DNA of 64,000 bases from an uncultured Planctomycetota bacterium (GCA_963737655.1 CAVTTN010000002.1:6784001-6848000), one strand, 5' to 3'; shown: positions 30,952-42,848, counted from the stretch's first letter. The notes: a model not told the origin generated them from the letters alone. Numbers and translations are program-made.

Positions 30952-31428
30952 ATGATTCGTCCTCGGATCACGATCGCGCACCTGATGAGCGGCGTGGCCT
31001 TCGCAGCGATGTTCTTCTGGATCGTGATCCTGGCCAATGGCTCTCCCGGCTACCTCGACCCGGAAATCGCGGTGGCGGTCTACCTGTCGGTCCTGACCTT
31101 CGCCACCCTCCTTTGGAGGTACGGCCCCGAGGCGATCCGGCCGTTCTGCCTGGGCGTGGCCGCGTATGGGTGGGTGTTCCTGGCATTCGGCGTCCACTTC
31201 ATGCTCGGGGACTGGTCGAACGGCTCGAATTCCGGCCTGGCCCGCCGCTGTTTGATCGCCCTTCCCCTGGGTCTTATGGTGGGGATCGCCTCCCAATGGC
31301 TGGTCGTCCTCCGTCGCCGGGAGGGCGACTCCCCGAAGGCCGACGCTCCGCCCGAGCCCTCCCGGTTCGGAGACGGCATCGCGGCGGGCCCGGGCGGTCG
31401 AGTTGATTTGAGGGGGCCTTCCGCCTAG
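30952..31428 (+). CDS. Membrane protein with RITIAHLM leader
   Basis: Four hydrophobic segments; TGTTATAAT upstream. Confidence 0.75.
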   Translation: MIRPRITIAHLMSGVAFAAMFFWIVILANGSPGYLDPEIAVAVYLSVLTFATLLWRYGPEAIRPFCLGVAAYGWVFLAFGVHFMLGDWSNGSNSGLARRCLIALPLGLMVGIASQWLVVLRRREGDSPKADAPPEPSRFGDGIAAGPGGRVDLRGPSA

Positions 31429-31481
31429 TCTACGGAGGTCGCCCCGCCTCTCGCCGCCCTCCCTTGCGAAGACTTCAGGAG

Positions 31482-32963
31482 ATGCCGATGGCCTCGTTCG
31501 AGCCGATCGACCATTTCGGGCCCGACGAGCCCCCTCGCCCGACCACCCCCCCGATCCGTCGCGGGTTCGTCCTGGTCCTGCTCGGCCTGAGCCTGGCGGC
31601 CTCCCTGGTCTACGGCATCCCGTATGTCGCCGAGCGGACCGGATACGCCTACGAGGCCGGTCGCGCCCGGGCCGCCGGGGAGGCCCTGGCGAAGATGGAC
31701 GAGGCCGGGATCATCGCCAAGAGCTCCAGCCTCTTCCGCCTGGCCGCGGCCCGGGTGGGGCCCGCCGTGGTGAACATCCGGTCGTTCAAGGCGGGCAACG
31801 GCAACGCCCTGGCCGGCCGGAGGCTCGTCCCGGTCGGCTCGGGCTCGGGCGTGGTGATCGACAAGGCCCGCGGGCTGATCGTCACCAATTATCACGTGAT
31901 CAAGGACGGCGAGGAACTGATCGTCCGCCCGAGTCGGGGGGCCGAGCTGCCGGCGAGGGTCCTGGGCGTCGATCCCAACACCGACCTGGCCGTCCTGGAG
32001 GTCCGCGCCTCGCTGCCGGTCGAGGTGGCCTGGGCCGACCCGGACAAGGTGGCCGTGGGCGACTGGGTCCTGGCGATCGGCAGCCCCTTCCTGCTCGACC
32101 AGTCGGTCTCCGCCGGGATCATCTCGGCGACCGGGCGGAATCACCTGGGCCTGCTGGGCGAGGGGGCCTACGAGGACTTCCTCCAGACCGACGCCGCCGT
32201 GAATCCGGGCAACTCCGGCGGCCCTCTGGTGAACCTCCGGGGCGAGATCGTCGGCATCAACACGGCCCTGGCCCTGGACGGCGGAGGCCCCCAGGGCGGG
32301 GCGACGCCGGGGATCGGCCTGGCGATCTCCTCGGGCCTGGCCCGGAAGATCGTCGAGAAGCTCGTCGAGAAGGGCCGGGTCATCCGCGGCTACCTCGGCG
32401 TGACGCTCCGGGGCCTCGCCCCCGGAGAGGCCCAGATGCTCAAGATCCCCGGCGGCCAGGGGGCGAAGATCCAGGACGTGGACCCCGGCAGCCCCGCCGA
32501 CGGCGCCGGGCTGAAGCCCGGGGACGTCGTGGTCAAGATCGCCGGCCAGCCCGTGGCCGACTACGCGGCCCTGAGGAACGTGACGATGAACCTGCCGATC
32601 GGCCGGGGCGTCCCCCTGGTCTACTATCGGGACGGCCGGGAGGTGACCACCGAGGCGGTGATCGCCGAGATGCCGGCGCTGCGGGCCCTGGGCCTCCGGC
32701 TCCGCGACGCCTCGCCCCAGGAACCCCCCGGCGTGATCATCGACTCGGTCCTGCCCGAGAGCCCGGCGTTCCGCGACGGCCTGATGCCGGGCCTCCGGGT
32801 CGTCTCGGTCGGCGGCAAGCCGGTCAAGACCCGGGCCGAGGCCGACCTCGCCGCCGACCGCGTGGCCCCCGGCTCGGGCATCCCGATGGAGGTCCGCTAC
32901 CCCAACGGGCGGACCACGGCCCTGGAGCTGGGAGGCGGGCGCGGGCCTCGCCGGGCCGAGTGA
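31482..32963 (+). CDS. HtrA/DegP-like serine protease with PDZ domains
   Basis: GSGVV, TNYHV, DLAVL, QTDAAVNPGNSGGPL. Confidence 0.93.
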   Translation: MPMASFEPIDHFGPDEPPRPTTPPIRRGFVLVLLGLSLAASLVYGIPYVAERTGYAYEAGRARAAGEALAKMDEAGIIAKSSSLFRLAAARVGPAVVNIRSFKAGNGNALAGRRLVPVGSGSGVVIDKARGLIVTNYHVIKDGEELIVRPSRGAELPARVLGVDPNTDLAVLEVRASLPVEVAWADPDKVAVGDWVLAIGSPFLLDQSVSAGIISATGRNHLGLLGEGAYEDFLQTDAAVNPGNSGGPLVNLRGEIVGINTALALDGGGPQGGATPGIGLAISSGLARKIVEKLVEKGRVIRGYLGVTLRGLAPGEAQMLKIPGGQGAKIQDVDPGSPADGAGLKPGDVVVKIAGQPVADYAALRNVTMNLPIGRGVPLVYYRDGREVTTEAVIAEMPALRALGLRLRDASPQEPPGVIIDSVLPESPAFRDGLMPGLRVVSVGGKPVKTRAEADLAADRVAPGSGIPMEVRYPNGRTTALELGGGRGPRRAE

Positions 32964-33235
32964 CCGGCCCCGGGCCCGGGAAATCCCCCCGGATCGGGCC
33001 TCGGGCCTTGACTTGGACACCTGGTTTGCGGGACGATCGCCGGCCCTCGCGGGTTCTTCAAATTGCGTCGGGGCTTAGGGCGAATCGGCCCCGAGAACGG
33101 GAGGGGTGCGAAAGTCAAGCGTGTACCGGCCCGGCGGGGCCGCGCGGGCCGGTACACGGCGGCGGCCTCGTTGTAAAAGCGAAATTCGTGCCAACTTACA
33201 GCGAGGGGGCCACCGTCGGCAATCGCCCGAAAAAC

Positions 33236-33263
33236 TTGACCGATTTCCAGGAAAGGTTATAAT
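33236..33263 (+). promoter_or_regulatory. Sigma70-like promoter of dnaG-rpoD
   Basis: TTGACC-16 bp-TATAAT. Confidence 0.65.
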
Positions 33264-33396
33264 TTCCCCGGAGACGCGAACCGAAGGGCACGGTGACGGC
33301 GGCCCCAACCCCGCTCCTCGCAGGGACTTCGACCCCCGAAGCGCAGGCCGCCTCGCCACGGACCCGGGCCTGAGACCTCGGATCAGGGAGCCCCCG

Positions 33397-35283
33397 GTGC
33401 CCCGCCAGTCCGAATCCACCCTCGCCGCGATCAAGCAGGCGATCGATATCGTCGCCCTGGTCGGTGAATACCTGCCCCTGCATCGGGCCGGAGGGAAGTT
33501 CAAGGCCCTCTGTCCCTTCCACGACGACCACAACCCTTCGCTCGAACTGAACAGCGAACGACGATCGTTCAAGTGCTGGAGCTGCGGCGCCGGCGGCGAC
33601 GTCTTCGATTTCGTCAAGGATTACGAGCGGGTGGACTTCTCCGAGGCCGTGCGCATGCTCGCCGAACGGGCCGGGATTGCTCTGGATCGCCGAGGGGCCG
33701 ACGACGAGTCGTCGGCCGTCGCCGCCGGTCCGTCGAAATCCGACCTGCTCGCCGCCTGCGCCTGGGCCGAGGGGGCGTTCGCCGAGGCCCTGGCCGGCTC
33801 GGCCGAGGCCCGGTCGTACGTCGCCTCCCGGGGGATCTCCGGCGAGAGCGTCGCCCGGTTCGGCCTGGGGTTCGCCCCCGACCGTCGCGACTGGCTGTCC
33901 CTGAAGGGGGCCCGGGCCGGGTTCGGCATCGACCTCCTGGAGAAGGCCGGGCTGGTCGCCCGCAAGGAGGGGTCCAGCCTCACGCGAGACCGCTTCCGCG
34001 GCCGCCTGATCTTCCCGATCCGCGACCCGAGGGGCCGGCCGATCGGCTTCGGCGGCCGAATCCTGCCGGAATCGGAAAAACGATTGGCCGAGAACGGCCT
34101 GAATGTCGCCAAGTATTTGAATTCACCCGAGACGCCGCTGTTCCAGAAGAGGCGGACCCTCTACGCCGCCGACCTCGCCCGGGAGGCGGCCCGCCGTCAG
34201 GGGTGGACCGCCGTGGTCGAAGGCTACACCGACGTGATCGCCGCCCACCAGGCCGGGCTCTCGAACGTCGTGGGGACCCTGGGGACCGCCCTCGGGGACG
34301 ACCACGTGACGGCCCTCCGCCGGTTGGCCGATCGCGTCGTCCTGGTCTTCGACGGCGACGAGGCGGGCCAGAAGGCGGCCGACCGCTCGCTCGAATTCTT
34401 CCTCGGGCACGAGGTGGACGTCCGCGTCCTGACCCTGCCCGACGGCCTCGACCCGGCCGACTTCCTCGCCAGGGAAGGCCCCGAGGCATTCCGAACCATG
34501 CTCGAAGGGGCGCCCGACGCCCTGGAGTTCGTCCTGGACCGCGCCTCCGAGCGGTTCGACTTCGAGTCGGCCGAGGGGGCGAGGCAGGCGGCCGGCTGGG
34601 TCCTGTCCCTCCTGGCGAAGGTGCCGAAGGCCTCGGGCCGCTCCGGCCTGGGGTTCAAGGTCGATGCCGCGCTGGACCGGCTCTCCCGGAGGCTGGGCAT
34701 CCCCCAGGAGAGCCTCCGCCGGGGGCTCCGCCGCGAGCAGAATCCGCCGAGGCCGGCGGCCTCGGGCGAACCGAAGCCGGCCGAGGCCGTGTCCGAAGCC
34801 GGGACGGTCCACCTGAAGGACCTCGACCCGGTCGATCGCGAGCTGGTCGAGATCGCCCTGAACGAGCCCGAGGCGGTCGGGGCGATCGCCCGGAAGGTGG
34901 CGGCGGACGACCTGGCCGACCCCCCCCTCCGTCAGATCATGCAAGCCCTCTTCGACCTGCTGGCCGAGGGGGAGGCTCCGGAGTTCTCCCGGGCGGCCCT
35001 GAGGCTCTCGGAGGCCGACCGGGGCCTGGCGGCGGGTCTGCTCCTGCCGATCGATCCCGATCCCCTGCCCGAGGCGTTCCGCCCGGCCTCCTGGTCGGAC
35101 CGCCTGGCCGGGATCTTCCGTCGCCTGGACGCCCGGAGGTGGGAGGCCAAACTCCGCGACCTCAAGGGCGCCCTGGCCGAAATCGACCCTCGCGAGAATC
35201 CCGACGACCATCGGGCACTCCATGCGGAATACTTAAGACATCTTGTGCAGCGGCCGGACCCGAGGAAGACGTCGTCATCCTGA
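33397..35283 (+). CDS. dnaG: DNA primase
   Basis: CPFH...CWSC zinc finger, [22 protein letters not shown]. Confidence 0.97.
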   Translation: MPRQSESTLAAIKQAIDIVALVGEYLPLHRAGGKFKALCPFHDDHNPSLELNSERRSFKCWSCGAGGDVFDFVKDYERVDFSEAVRMLAERAGIALDRRGADDESSAVAAGPSKSDLLAACAWAEGAFAEALAGSAEARSYVASRGISGESVARFGLGFAPDRRDWLSLKGARAGFGIDLLEKAGLVARKEGSSLTRDRFRGRLIFPIRDPRGRPIGFGGRILPESEKRLAENGLNVAKYLNSPETPLFQKRRTLYAADLAREAARRQGWTAVVEGYTDVIAAHQAGLSNVVGTLGTALGDDHVTALRRLADRVVLVFDGDEAGQKAADRSLEFFLGHEVDVRVLTLPDGLDPADFLAREGPEAFRTMLEGAPDALEFVLDRASERFDFESAEGARQAAGWVLSLLAKVPKASGRSGLGFKVDAALDRLSRRLGIPQESLRRGLRREQNPPRPAASGEPKPAEAVSEAGTVHLKDLDPVDRELVEIALNEPEAVGAIARKVAADDLADPPLRQIMQALFDLLAEGEAPEFSRAALRLSEADRGLAAGLLLPIDPDPLPEAFRPASWSDRLAGIFRRLDARRWEAKLRDLKGALAEIDPRENPDDHRALHAEYLRHLVQRPDPRKTSSS

Positions 35284-35336
35284 TCGACCCGCGTCGGTCC
35301 CGCGTTCGTTCGTTCGATCCGAGGGAGATTGAGTCG

Positions 35337-37010
35337 ATGGAAAAGATGGACGAGGGCCTCAAGACGCTCCTCGAGTTGGGCAAGCGACGTGGCTTCCTGA
35401 CGTTCGATCAGGTCAACGATTACCTGCCCGACGAGGCCTCCAGCCCGGACAAGATCCAGGGCCTCCTGGAGTCGATCGACGAGCTGGGGATCGAGCTGGT
35501 CAACGAGGAAGAGGCCGAGTCTCGGCTGCTCGCCTCGGGCGACCTCGACGACGAGCCCGACGAGCTCGTCGACGAGCCGGCCGACGACGACGACGGCGAG
35601 CTCACGCCCGAGGACCTCGACGAGATCTCCCGCCGGATCGACGACCCGGTGCGGATGTACCTCACGCAGATGGGCGAGATCCCCCTGCTGACCCGCGAGC
35701 AGGAGATCAACCTCGCCAAGAAGATCGAGATCACCCGCAAGAACTTCCGCCGCAAGGTCCTGGAGTGCGACTACGCCCTGCGCCTCGTGGTGGACGTCCT
35801 CAAGAAGGTCGATTCCGGCGAGCTCCCGTTCGACCGTACCGTGAAGGTCTCCGTGACCGAGAATCTGGAGAAGGACCAGATCCTCAACCGGATGAAGCCG
35901 AACCTGGCGACCCTCGACCACCTGATGGGGGACAACGACCGCGACTTCCGCGCCTACGTCCGCGCCAAGAACGCCCCGGTCGAGCGCCGGGAGATGAAGC
36001 GCGGCCTGAAGAACCGGCGGAGGAAGGCCGTCACCCTCGTCGAGGAGCTGTCGATCCGCACCCAGAAGGTCCAGCCCCTGATGAGGAGGCTGGAGCAGAT
36101 CGCCTCCCGGATGCGCGAGCTGCTCAACCAGCTGGAAGACCACCGCGAGGGCCGGGGAGGCAAGGAAGACCGCGCCAACCTCGAGAAAGAACTCAAAGAC
36201 CTGATGCTCATGACCCTCGAGACTCCGGAATCCCTCCGGAAGCGCTGCGAGGCCATGAACAGCCGGTTCAAGGAGTACGAGCAGGCCAAGCGCGAGCTCT
36301 CCGGCGGCAACCTCCGGCTCGTGGTCTCGATCGCCAAGAAGTACCGCAACCGCGGCCTGTCGTTCCTCGACCTGATCCAGGAGGGGAACACGGGGCTGAT
36401 GAGGGCCGTCGATAAGTACGAATATCGCCGCGGCTACAAGTTCAGCACCTATGCGACGTGGTGGATCCGCCAGGCGATCACCCGGGCCATCGCCGACCAG
36501 GCCCGGACGATCCGCATCCCGGTCCACATGATCGAGACGATGAGCAAGCTGAGGAACGTCTCCAAGAAGCTCCTCCAGGAGAAGGGCCGCGAGCCGACGA
36601 TCGAGGAGACGGCCAAGGCCGCGAACATCTCGGTGGAGGAGACCCGCCGGGTCATGAAGATCAGCCGGCACCCGATCTCGCTCGACCGCCCGGTCGGCGA
36701 GTCCGAGGACAGCTACTTCGGCGACTTCATCGAGGACGAGGCGGCCGAGAGCCCGATCAACGCCGCCACCCAGGAGATGCTCAAGGAGAAGATCGACAGC
36801 GTCCTGAAGACCCTCACGTACCGAGAACGCGAGATCATCAAGCTGAGGTACGGCCTGGGCGACGGCTACACCTACACCCTCGAAGAGGTGGGCCGGATCT
36901 TCAAGGTCACGAGGGAGCGAGTCCGGCAGATCGAGGCCAAGGCCGTCAGGAAACTCCAGCATCCGGTGAGAAGCCGGCAACTGGAAGGGTTCCTGGAGAG
37001 TACCGGCTGA
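35337..37010 (+). CDS. rpoD: RNA polymerase primary sigma factor
   Basis: [46 protein letters not shown]. Confidence 0.97.
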   Translation: MEKMDEGLKTLLELGKRRGFLTFDQVNDYLPDEASSPDKIQGLLESIDELGIELVNEEEAESRLLASGDLDDEPDELVDEPADDDDGELTPEDLDEISRRIDDPVRMYLTQMGEIPLLTREQEINLAKKIEITRKNFRRKVLECDYALRLVVDVLKKVDSGELPFDRTVKVSVTENLEKDQILNRMKPNLATLDHLMGDNDRDFRAYVRAKNAPVERREMKRGLKNRRRKAVTLVEELSIRTQKVQPLMRRLEQIASRMRELLNQLEDHREGRGGKEDRANLEKELKDLMLMTLETPESLRKRCEAMNSRFKEYEQAKRELSGGNLRLVVSIAKKYRNRGLSFLDLIQEGNTGLMRAVDKYEYRRGYKFSTYATWWIRQAITRAIADQARTIRIPVHMIETMSKLRNVSKKLLQEKGREPTIEETAKAANISVEETRRVMKISRHPISLDRPVGESEDSYFGDFIEDEAAESPINAATQEMLKEKIDSVLKTLTYREREIIKLRYGLGDGYTYTLEEVGRIFKVTRERVRQIEAKAVRKLQHPVRSRQLEGFLESTG

Positions 37011-37025
37011 GAGCCGAGGACCAAG

Positions 37026-37064
37026 GCCGCCGGCCGCCCGACGAGGCGACCGGCGGCTTTTTTT
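37026..37064 (+). terminator. Rho-independent terminator after rpoD
   Basis: GCCGCCGG...CCGGCGGC stem followed by T7. Confidence 0.85.
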
Positions 37065-37103
37065 GTCGAGATGCCCCGATGACGTGGCGAGGCGCGGTTT
37101 CTC

Positions 37104-37526
37104 ATGAGCAAATTCGGATGGATTCGGTCGGTCTGGGACAGGCTGTCCCGTCGGGATGGGCCGGCCTCGCCTGGGTCGGAGGCCGGGCGTACAATTCAGA
37201 TCATCCTCTTCATTCCGAGCGTCGATCGCGACGAGGAACCCATCAATCATCGCCTGTGGAGACGGGCAGCCCTGGAATGGCTCGGCCAGGCGTTTGGAGG
37301 CGCGACCGCCTATCCTCCAGGTTTCGGGGTCTGGCGAGATGATCAGCGTGGTGGACGCCTCGTCTAGGACAGGACGACCGTCATTTTCTGCTATGCGACG
37401 GGACGCGACATCCGGGAGAATGAACGGAAACTGCGAGACTTCATGACGAAGATGGGCCGGGAGACCCGGCAGGGCAGCGTGGCATTCGTCCTGGACGAGA
37501 GGTTCATCGAGATCCCGATCGAATGA
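37104..37526 (+). pseudogene. Hypothetical protein interrupted by an in-frame TAG at 37365
   Basis: Frame continues protein-like (DRTTVIFCY...RETRQGSVAFVLD) to TGA at 37524-37526. Confidence 0.6.
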
Positions 37527-37541
37527 CCCGGAGGGAAGACC

Positions 37542-37769
37542 ATGCGAGCCGACAAGCTTCGTCGATTGGTCGATGCCATCGGTGGCCGGATCGTCGCCCG
37601 GGTCCCCAGGGGCAGCGGAGGGGCCGCGTCTGCCGGCCTCGCCGCGTTCTATCAGGCCCGCCGTCGAGCCTCCCAATCGCAGGGGCAGGGCAGAGACGCC
37701 CGCCCGATCGATCCGCATCCGGCAGAGACGCCCCAAACGAGCCAAGGCCCCGCGACGGTCTCCGGGTGA
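37542..37769 (+). CDS. Small hypothetical protein
   Basis: GGAGG RBS and ATG immediately downstream of the previous gene. Confidence 0.5.
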   Translation: MRADKLRRLVDAIGGRIVARVPRGSGGAASAGLAAFYQARRRASQSQGQGRDARPIDPHPAETPQTSQGPATVSG

Positions 37770-37801
37770 GCCGGTCCCTCGTTCCTCCAGGAGAGAGCCT
37801 G

Positions 37802-38538
37802 ATGACCGCGACCGCCGAAAGCCTCCGCGACATCCATGCTTTGCACCAGCGCGCAAGGCCATCCGCGATCGTCTGGCCTCGGGGCCGAAAACCCTCGCCG
37901 CCCGCCAGGCGTTGCTGGCCTCTCGCCAGAAGGCCGTGGACGAGGCCAAGAAGGCCCTCCAGGACACCAAGGTCCAGGTCCACAAGAAGGAGACCCAGCT
38001 CAAGGGGATGCAGGAGAAGTCCGCCGAGCTCCGCGTGAAGCTCAACTCGATCAAGAAGCAGAACGAGTACGATGCGATCCGCAACCAGCTCGCGATGGAC
38101 AACTCGGCCCAGAGCAAGCTCTCCGACGAGATCCTCGAAGCGATGATGAAGGTGGACGAGCAGGCCGCCGCCCTCGCCGCCCAGGAGGCCGAGGTCCAGA
38201 AGATCGCCGGCGAGGTCGCCGCGATCCAGGCCGACATCGCCGCCAAGACGGCCGAGCAGAAAGGCCAGCTCGAGGCCCTCGACCGCGAGATCCTCGGCGC
38301 CGAGACCGTGATCCCCGAGGCCGAACGCGAGCACTACAAGCGGGTCGTCAAGCAGAAGGGGGCCGACGCGATGGCCGCCGTCGAGGGGTCGGCCTGCACC
38401 GGCTGCTTCGTCTCGGTCACCGCCCAGATGATGAACGACCTGATCAACGGCGGCCACCTGGTCATCTGCAAGACCTGCGGACGCCTCCTCTACCTCGCCG
38501 ACGAGGACCGCTCCACGACCCGCCGGACCGCCCGGTAG
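37802..38538 (+). CDS. Coiled-coil C4 zinc-ribbon protein, frameshift near 37850
   Basis: CTGC...CKTCGRLLY; N-terminus MTATAESLRDIH in another frame. Confidence 0.88.
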
Positions 38539-38604
38539 CTTTCGGCGGGTCGGTTCTCGGGTGGCATGCTTACGTCCCCGTAAGCATGCCACGCAGGATG
38601 GCCT

Positions 38605-39162
38605 TCAGGGGTTGATTTCCCGGGTCTGCCAGCCGGATTCGGCCTCCCATCGGGTCCGTTGATGGGGATGGTCGCGGAGGCTCAGCCGCTCGACCCGGTC
38701 GGGCCTCACGATCAGCAGCTGGAAACTCTCCGGGATCGGGGTCTCGGCGGGCAGCGCGTTGGGGAACGCCTCGTCGGGCTCGGATCGAAGCCCTCCCGGC
38801 ATGGGCCAGGAAAACAAGGCCCGGGCCCCGTCGGAAAGCTCGGCCCACAGGGCCGATCGCCTCGGGTCGGTCGATTCCTGGCCGATCACCTCGACCCCAC
38901 CCGCCAGCCGCCACTGCTCGCGACGCCCCTCCAGCCAGAAAACCACCTCGGCCCACGGCGATTCGCGGATCTGCTCGTTCTTCTCGCTCCTCGAATCGCT
39001 GCAAAGCCACAAGAAACCGCCGGGCTCGACCTTGCGGACCACGATCGAGCGGTTCCGGGGGCGGCCCGACCCGTCGGCGGTCGCCATCGCCGCCACCTTG
39101 GGCCGTCCGGCGAAGGCGTCGTCGATCGCTCGCGTGAACAATTCGACCCATTGCGCGATCAT
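38605..39162 (-). CDS. Pyridoxamine 5'-phosphate oxidase-like FMN-binding protein
   Basis: MATA..GRPRNR, DSRSEK, REQWRLAG. Confidence 0.88.
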   Translation of the reverse strand: MIAQWVELFTRAIDDAFAGRPKVAAMATADGSGRPRNRSIVVRKVEPGGFLWLCSDSRSEKNEQIRESPWAEVVFWLEGRREQWRLAGGVEVIGQESTDPRRSALWAELSDGARALFSWPMPGGLRSEPDEAFPNALPAETPIPESFQLLIVRPDRVERLSLRDHPHQRTRWEAESGWQTREINP

Positions 39163-40517
39163 GAATGCCCCTCGACCTCGATCGGGGTCATCGGCAGGGG
39201 GGGGGCGGTGGAGGGGTCCTGGTCGAGGGCGTCGAGGGGGCCGAGCCGGGCGATCTGGGGCCACTTCCATGCCGTCAGGAGGACCACGCCGATGCAGCCG
39301 ACTCCGCCGAGGACCACGGCGGGGATCGTGCCGATCAGCGAGGCGGCGAGGCCCGACTCGAACCCGCCGACCTCGTTGGACATGCCGATGAAGATGCTGT
39401 TCACGGCCGACACCCGGCCCCTCATGGCGTCGGGCGTCCTCATCTGGATCAGGGTGGAGCGGACGACCACGCTGATATTATCGAAGGCGCCGGTCAGGAT
39501 CAGCATGGCCATCGACAGCCAGAAGTTCCTCGACAGGCCGAAGACGATCGTGGCCGCGCCGAAGCCGATCACCGCGAGGAGCAGGTCTCGACCGGCCCTC
39601 TGCAACGGCGGGCGATGGGCGAGGGTCAACGCCATGGCCAGGGCGCCGATGGACGGCCCGGCGCGGAGCCATCCCAGGCCGGCGGGGCCGACGTGGAGGA
39701 TGTCCTGGGCGAAGACCGGCAGGAGCGACACCGCCCCGCCGAGGAGGACGGCGAACATGTCCAGGGTGATGGCCGCCAGGACCAGGGGCGAATCCCAGAC
39801 GAACCGGAACCCGGCGAGGAGCGAGTCCCACGTCACCGGCTCGGCATGCTTGCGGACGGCCGGCCGCCCCCGGATCGAGGCGATCATCAGGCAGACGACC
39901 ACCCCGCACGAGGCATCGGCCAGGTAGACCGGGCCCGGCCCTCCGGCCAGGGCGATCCCCAGACCTCCCAGCCCCGGGCCGATCATCGCCGCCACCTGCC
40001 ACGCGCTGGACCGCCAGGTCACGGCGTTGTGGAAGTCCTCCGCCGGCACGAGCTCGGGCATGAACGCCCACCGGGCCGGGAACGAGAACGCACCGGCCAC
40101 GCCGATCAGGCCGAGGCAGAGGTAGACCAGCCCGATCGGCCCCTTGCCGTAGGAGATCGCCGCCAGGCCGAGCGAGCCGGCCACCATCGCGGCGGCCGTC
40201 GCCAGGACGATCCCCTTCCGCGAGAGCCGGTCGGCCAGGTGCCCGGCCGGGACCGAGAGCAGGAGCACGGGCAGGGCCTGGACCAGCCCGACCAGGCCCA
40301 GGGCGAGCTTCGAGCCGGTCCGGGCATAGAGCTCCCAGCCCACGGCCACGCTCTGCATCTCGCCGCCGATCGTGGCCGCCACGCTGTTGACCAGGAACAG
40401 GCGGAAGTCCCGATGGCGGAGGGCGGCATACGGGTCATGGCCGGCGGGCTCGTCCGGGAGGGCCTCGGGAGGGGCGTACGGTTCGCGGTCGAGGTCCTTG
40501 TCGAAGCGGTCGCTCAT
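39159..40517 (-). CDS. MFS transporter
   Basis: Many TM segments, GHLADRLSRK, TPDAMRGRV. Confidence 0.93.
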   Translation of the reverse strand: MSDRFDKDLDREPYAPPEALPDEPAGHDPYAALRHRDFRLFLVNSVAATIGGEMQSVAVGWELYARTGSKLALGLVGLVQALPVLLLSVPAGHLADRLSRKGIVLATAAAMVAGSLGLAAISYGKGPIGLVYLCLGLIGVAGAFSFPARWAFMPELVPAEDFHNAVTWRSSAWQVAAMIGPGLGGLGIALAGGPGPVYLADASCGVVVCLMIASIRGRPAVRKHAEPVTWDSLLAGFRFVWDSPLVLAAITLDMFAVLLGGAVSLLPVFAQDILHVGPAGLGWLRAGPSIGALAMALTLAHRPPLQRAGRDLLLAVIGFGAATIVFGLSRNFWLSMAMLILTGAFDNISVVVRSTLIQMRTPDAMRGRVSAVNSIFIGMSNEVGGFESGLAASLIGTIPAVVLGGVGCIGVVLLTAWKWPQIARLGPLDALDQDPSTAPPLPMTPIEVEGHS

Positions 40518-40918
40518 CCCTGATCCGTCATCCTCGGGTCGTCGATGCGATGCCCGTCGATCCACGCGGTCAATGGCTCGCGGGAGACCACTCCCGAGGC
40601 GAGTCCGAGGAAGGCCGACTCCTGCTCGTCCACATCCGCCGAGATCATCGAGCCGTTCAGGGCCAGGAAGGTTTCCATCGCCAGGTGGCCAATCCTCTTG
40701 TTTCCATCGATGAACGGATGATTCATGACGAGGGAGAACGCCAGGGCCGCGGCCTTCTCGACGGGGCTCGGATCGAGGTCCTCCCCGCCGAAGGTCATCC
40801 GGGGCTGGGCGACCGCGGAATCGAGGGCATCCGGATTCCTGACCCCGAGGCTCCCGCCGGCGTGGGCGATCAGGTCGGCGTGGAGCTCACGCACCTCGTC
40901 GAGGGTCAAGTAGATCAT
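40514..40918 (-). CDS. doc: Fic/Doc (death-on-curing) toxin
   Basis: HPFIDGNKR motif. Confidence 0.92.
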   Translation of the reverse strand: MIYLTLDEVRELHADLIAHAGGSLGVRNPDALDSAVAQPRMTFGGEDLDPSPVEKAAALAFSLVMNHPFIDGNKRIGHLAMETFLALNGSMISADVDEQESAFLGLASGVVSREPLTAWIDGHRIDDPRMTDQG

Positions 40919-41115
40919 CGCGCCAGTCGCCGATAGAGTTCCCGATTCTTCTCCAGGAGGAAATCCGCGGTCTGGCGGAACCGTTCGCGACGGACGCGGA
41001 TCATCGTCTCGATCCCCTCGCGGGCCAGGTCCTCGGGCGTCACGCCGAGGCCCTCGGCCAGCCGGTTCAGCTCCTCCAACCTCTCTTCGCTCAGGGGGAC
41101 GGTGATCGCGGTCAT
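40915..41115 (-). CDS. Putative antitoxin
   Basis: 66 aa, overlaps the doc start, ends KNRELYRRLA. Confidence 0.8.
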   Translation of the reverse strand: MTAITVPLSEERLEELNRLAEGLGVTPEDLAREGIETMIRVRRERFRQTADFLLEKNRELYRRLAR

Positions 41116-41293
41116 GGTCGATTCCCGGAGGGGGCGGGGCGCGAGGGCGTCTCCCGGATCATTCTTCTCGGGTCCGGCGGATTCGTCCACCGGCGTCGGG
41201 GCGATTTCGGGGGCGCCCCGGGTGGCGAGATCCCCGATTCCCCCTCCCGGACCCAACCGGGCCGATCTCGGTTCGCCCGAGCCTCGTCGGGCG

Positions 41294-42127
41294 TCAGGCC
41301 TCCGGCTCGATCCCCAGGGCGCGGAGCTGGGCGGCCAGGCGATCGGCCCGGCTAGCCTCGGCGTCGGCCCTCCGGCGTTCTTCCTCGGCCTTGCGGCGTT
41401 CTTCCTCGGCCCTCCCGGCCTGGATCTGGGCGATCTCGTGGCCGGTCGGGAGGAGCAGGCCCTGGGCGTCGTACCATCGCATCCAGGGTTCGTCGTAATT
41501 CTCGACCACGCCTCGCCAGATCCCCAGGGCCACGCCGAGCTCGGGGATGGGGTAGTGGCCCCGGGCGTCGGGAACCATCGGGCGGAACGCCGCGCCGACC
41601 CTCTCGAACATCCACAGCCGCTCGGTCCCGGCGACGTGGACGCCGTAGTAGGCGGGCCGGACGGCCGTCTCATAGATCCACAACTTCCCCTGGCCCGGAG
41701 AGCGGTCGAGTTCCTCCGAGCCGTCGCCCGAGGAGAACTCCAGGACGATCAGCGGCGCCACCAGCTCCCTCCACAACACATACGACCGGCGGTATTCCCC
41801 TTCGAGCTTCGGCGGGACGCCCGGTACGTAGAACCAGTCCGGCGCGATCGCCCCGGAGAGCGGAGGCTCGGGGGGTCGCCACTGGTAATAGATCCCGCAG
41901 TCCCTCCCGATCGCGAATTGCTCGTCGGGGTGGATCTGCTTGAGGACCGGCAGCAGGGCGTCGCTGAGGACCTGCGCCTGGGGGTGCTCCAGGTAGTTTT
42001 CCACGATCCGGCCGTCCGATTCGGGGAGCTCCAGGTGTCCCGGAGGCTTCATGGGGTCCGCGGAAAGGAGGGGAGGGGCCGGCTTCGGCCGGGGAGCGGC
42101 CTCCCGTTCGATCTCGGCGGTGCTCAT
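41294..42127 (-). CDS. Uma2 family endonuclease
   Basis: LPESDG, APDWFYV, IVLEFSS, C-terminal coiled coil. Confidence 0.9.
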   Translation of the reverse strand: MSTAEIEREAAPRPKPAPPLLSADPMKPPGHLELPESDGRIVENYLEHPQAQVLSDALLPVLKQIHPDEQFAIGRDCGIYYQWRPPEPPLSGAIAPDWFYVPGVPPKLEGEYRRSYVLWRELVAPLIVLEFSSGDGSEELDRSPGQGKLWIYETAVRPAYYGVHVAGTERLWMFERVGAAFRPMVPDARGHYPIPELGVALGIWRGVVENYDEPWMRWYDAQGLLLPTGHEIAQIQAGRAEEERRKAEEERRRADAEASRADRLAAQLRALGIEPEA

Positions 42128-42821
42128 CCCTGGGCCTCCAGGTCCGTCCGGGCTTCGAGGAACAAGTTCGAGACGAGGACCCGGCCGACCTCGCGGCCGT
42201 CCAGGACGATCGGCGCCTCGGAACCCTCCTCGAACAAAGAAACCGACGTATAAAGGCCCGCCGCCGGCGCCGAATAGACCTCCAGCCGCCGGGCCGGGAT
42301 GTTCAGGAGCCAGTAGACCGGGATTTCTTCGACGGCGTAGGTCGCCGCCAGGGCCCGATCCTTGGACAGGGTCGTATCGGCCACCTCGATCACCAGGGCC
42401 ACGTCGCTGGACCGGGGCATCTTGCGATATTCCCGCGTCTTTCCCCGGACGACCTCCACGTCGGGCTCGGGGCGCTGTCGGCGAACCGGAGGGCCATCGG
42501 GGCCTCGCTCTCGGGCTCGTAGCCTTCGAGCTTCAGGTCGCGGAGGGCGTCGTAGAGGCTCTTGACCCCGTAGACATGAGGGCGATCTCGGGACATCCTT
42601 TGGCAGAGCCTCCCCTCCCACAAATAGACGCGATCGAATCCTTCGACGTCTCCGAACACGCCGGACTCGCCGAGCTTCTCATAGGCCGCCAGCGAGATCG
42701 GCCAGGGGATGTGGTCGGGAGGCGTGACGGGAGGTGTCCGGGGTGCGGTCGCGGCCGGGACGGGGGGCGCGAGGGCCTCGGCGGTCGTGGCCTCGGTCTC
42801 GGGAAGGGTCGCGGTGCTCAT
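42124..42821 (-). CDS. Uma2 family endonuclease, frameshift near 42470
   Basis: Two frames join into a paralog of 42849-43514 (PEPDV, LVIEVADT, IPVYW). Confidence 0.85.
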
Positions 42822-42848
42822 GGCGAGGGCCTCCGGGTCCGTCCGGGT

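Noticed and set aside
33121..33158. Hairpin GTGTACCGGCCC/GGGCCGGTACAC upstream of the dnaG promoter
   Set aside because: Single stem without U-tract or recognisable ncRNA motif
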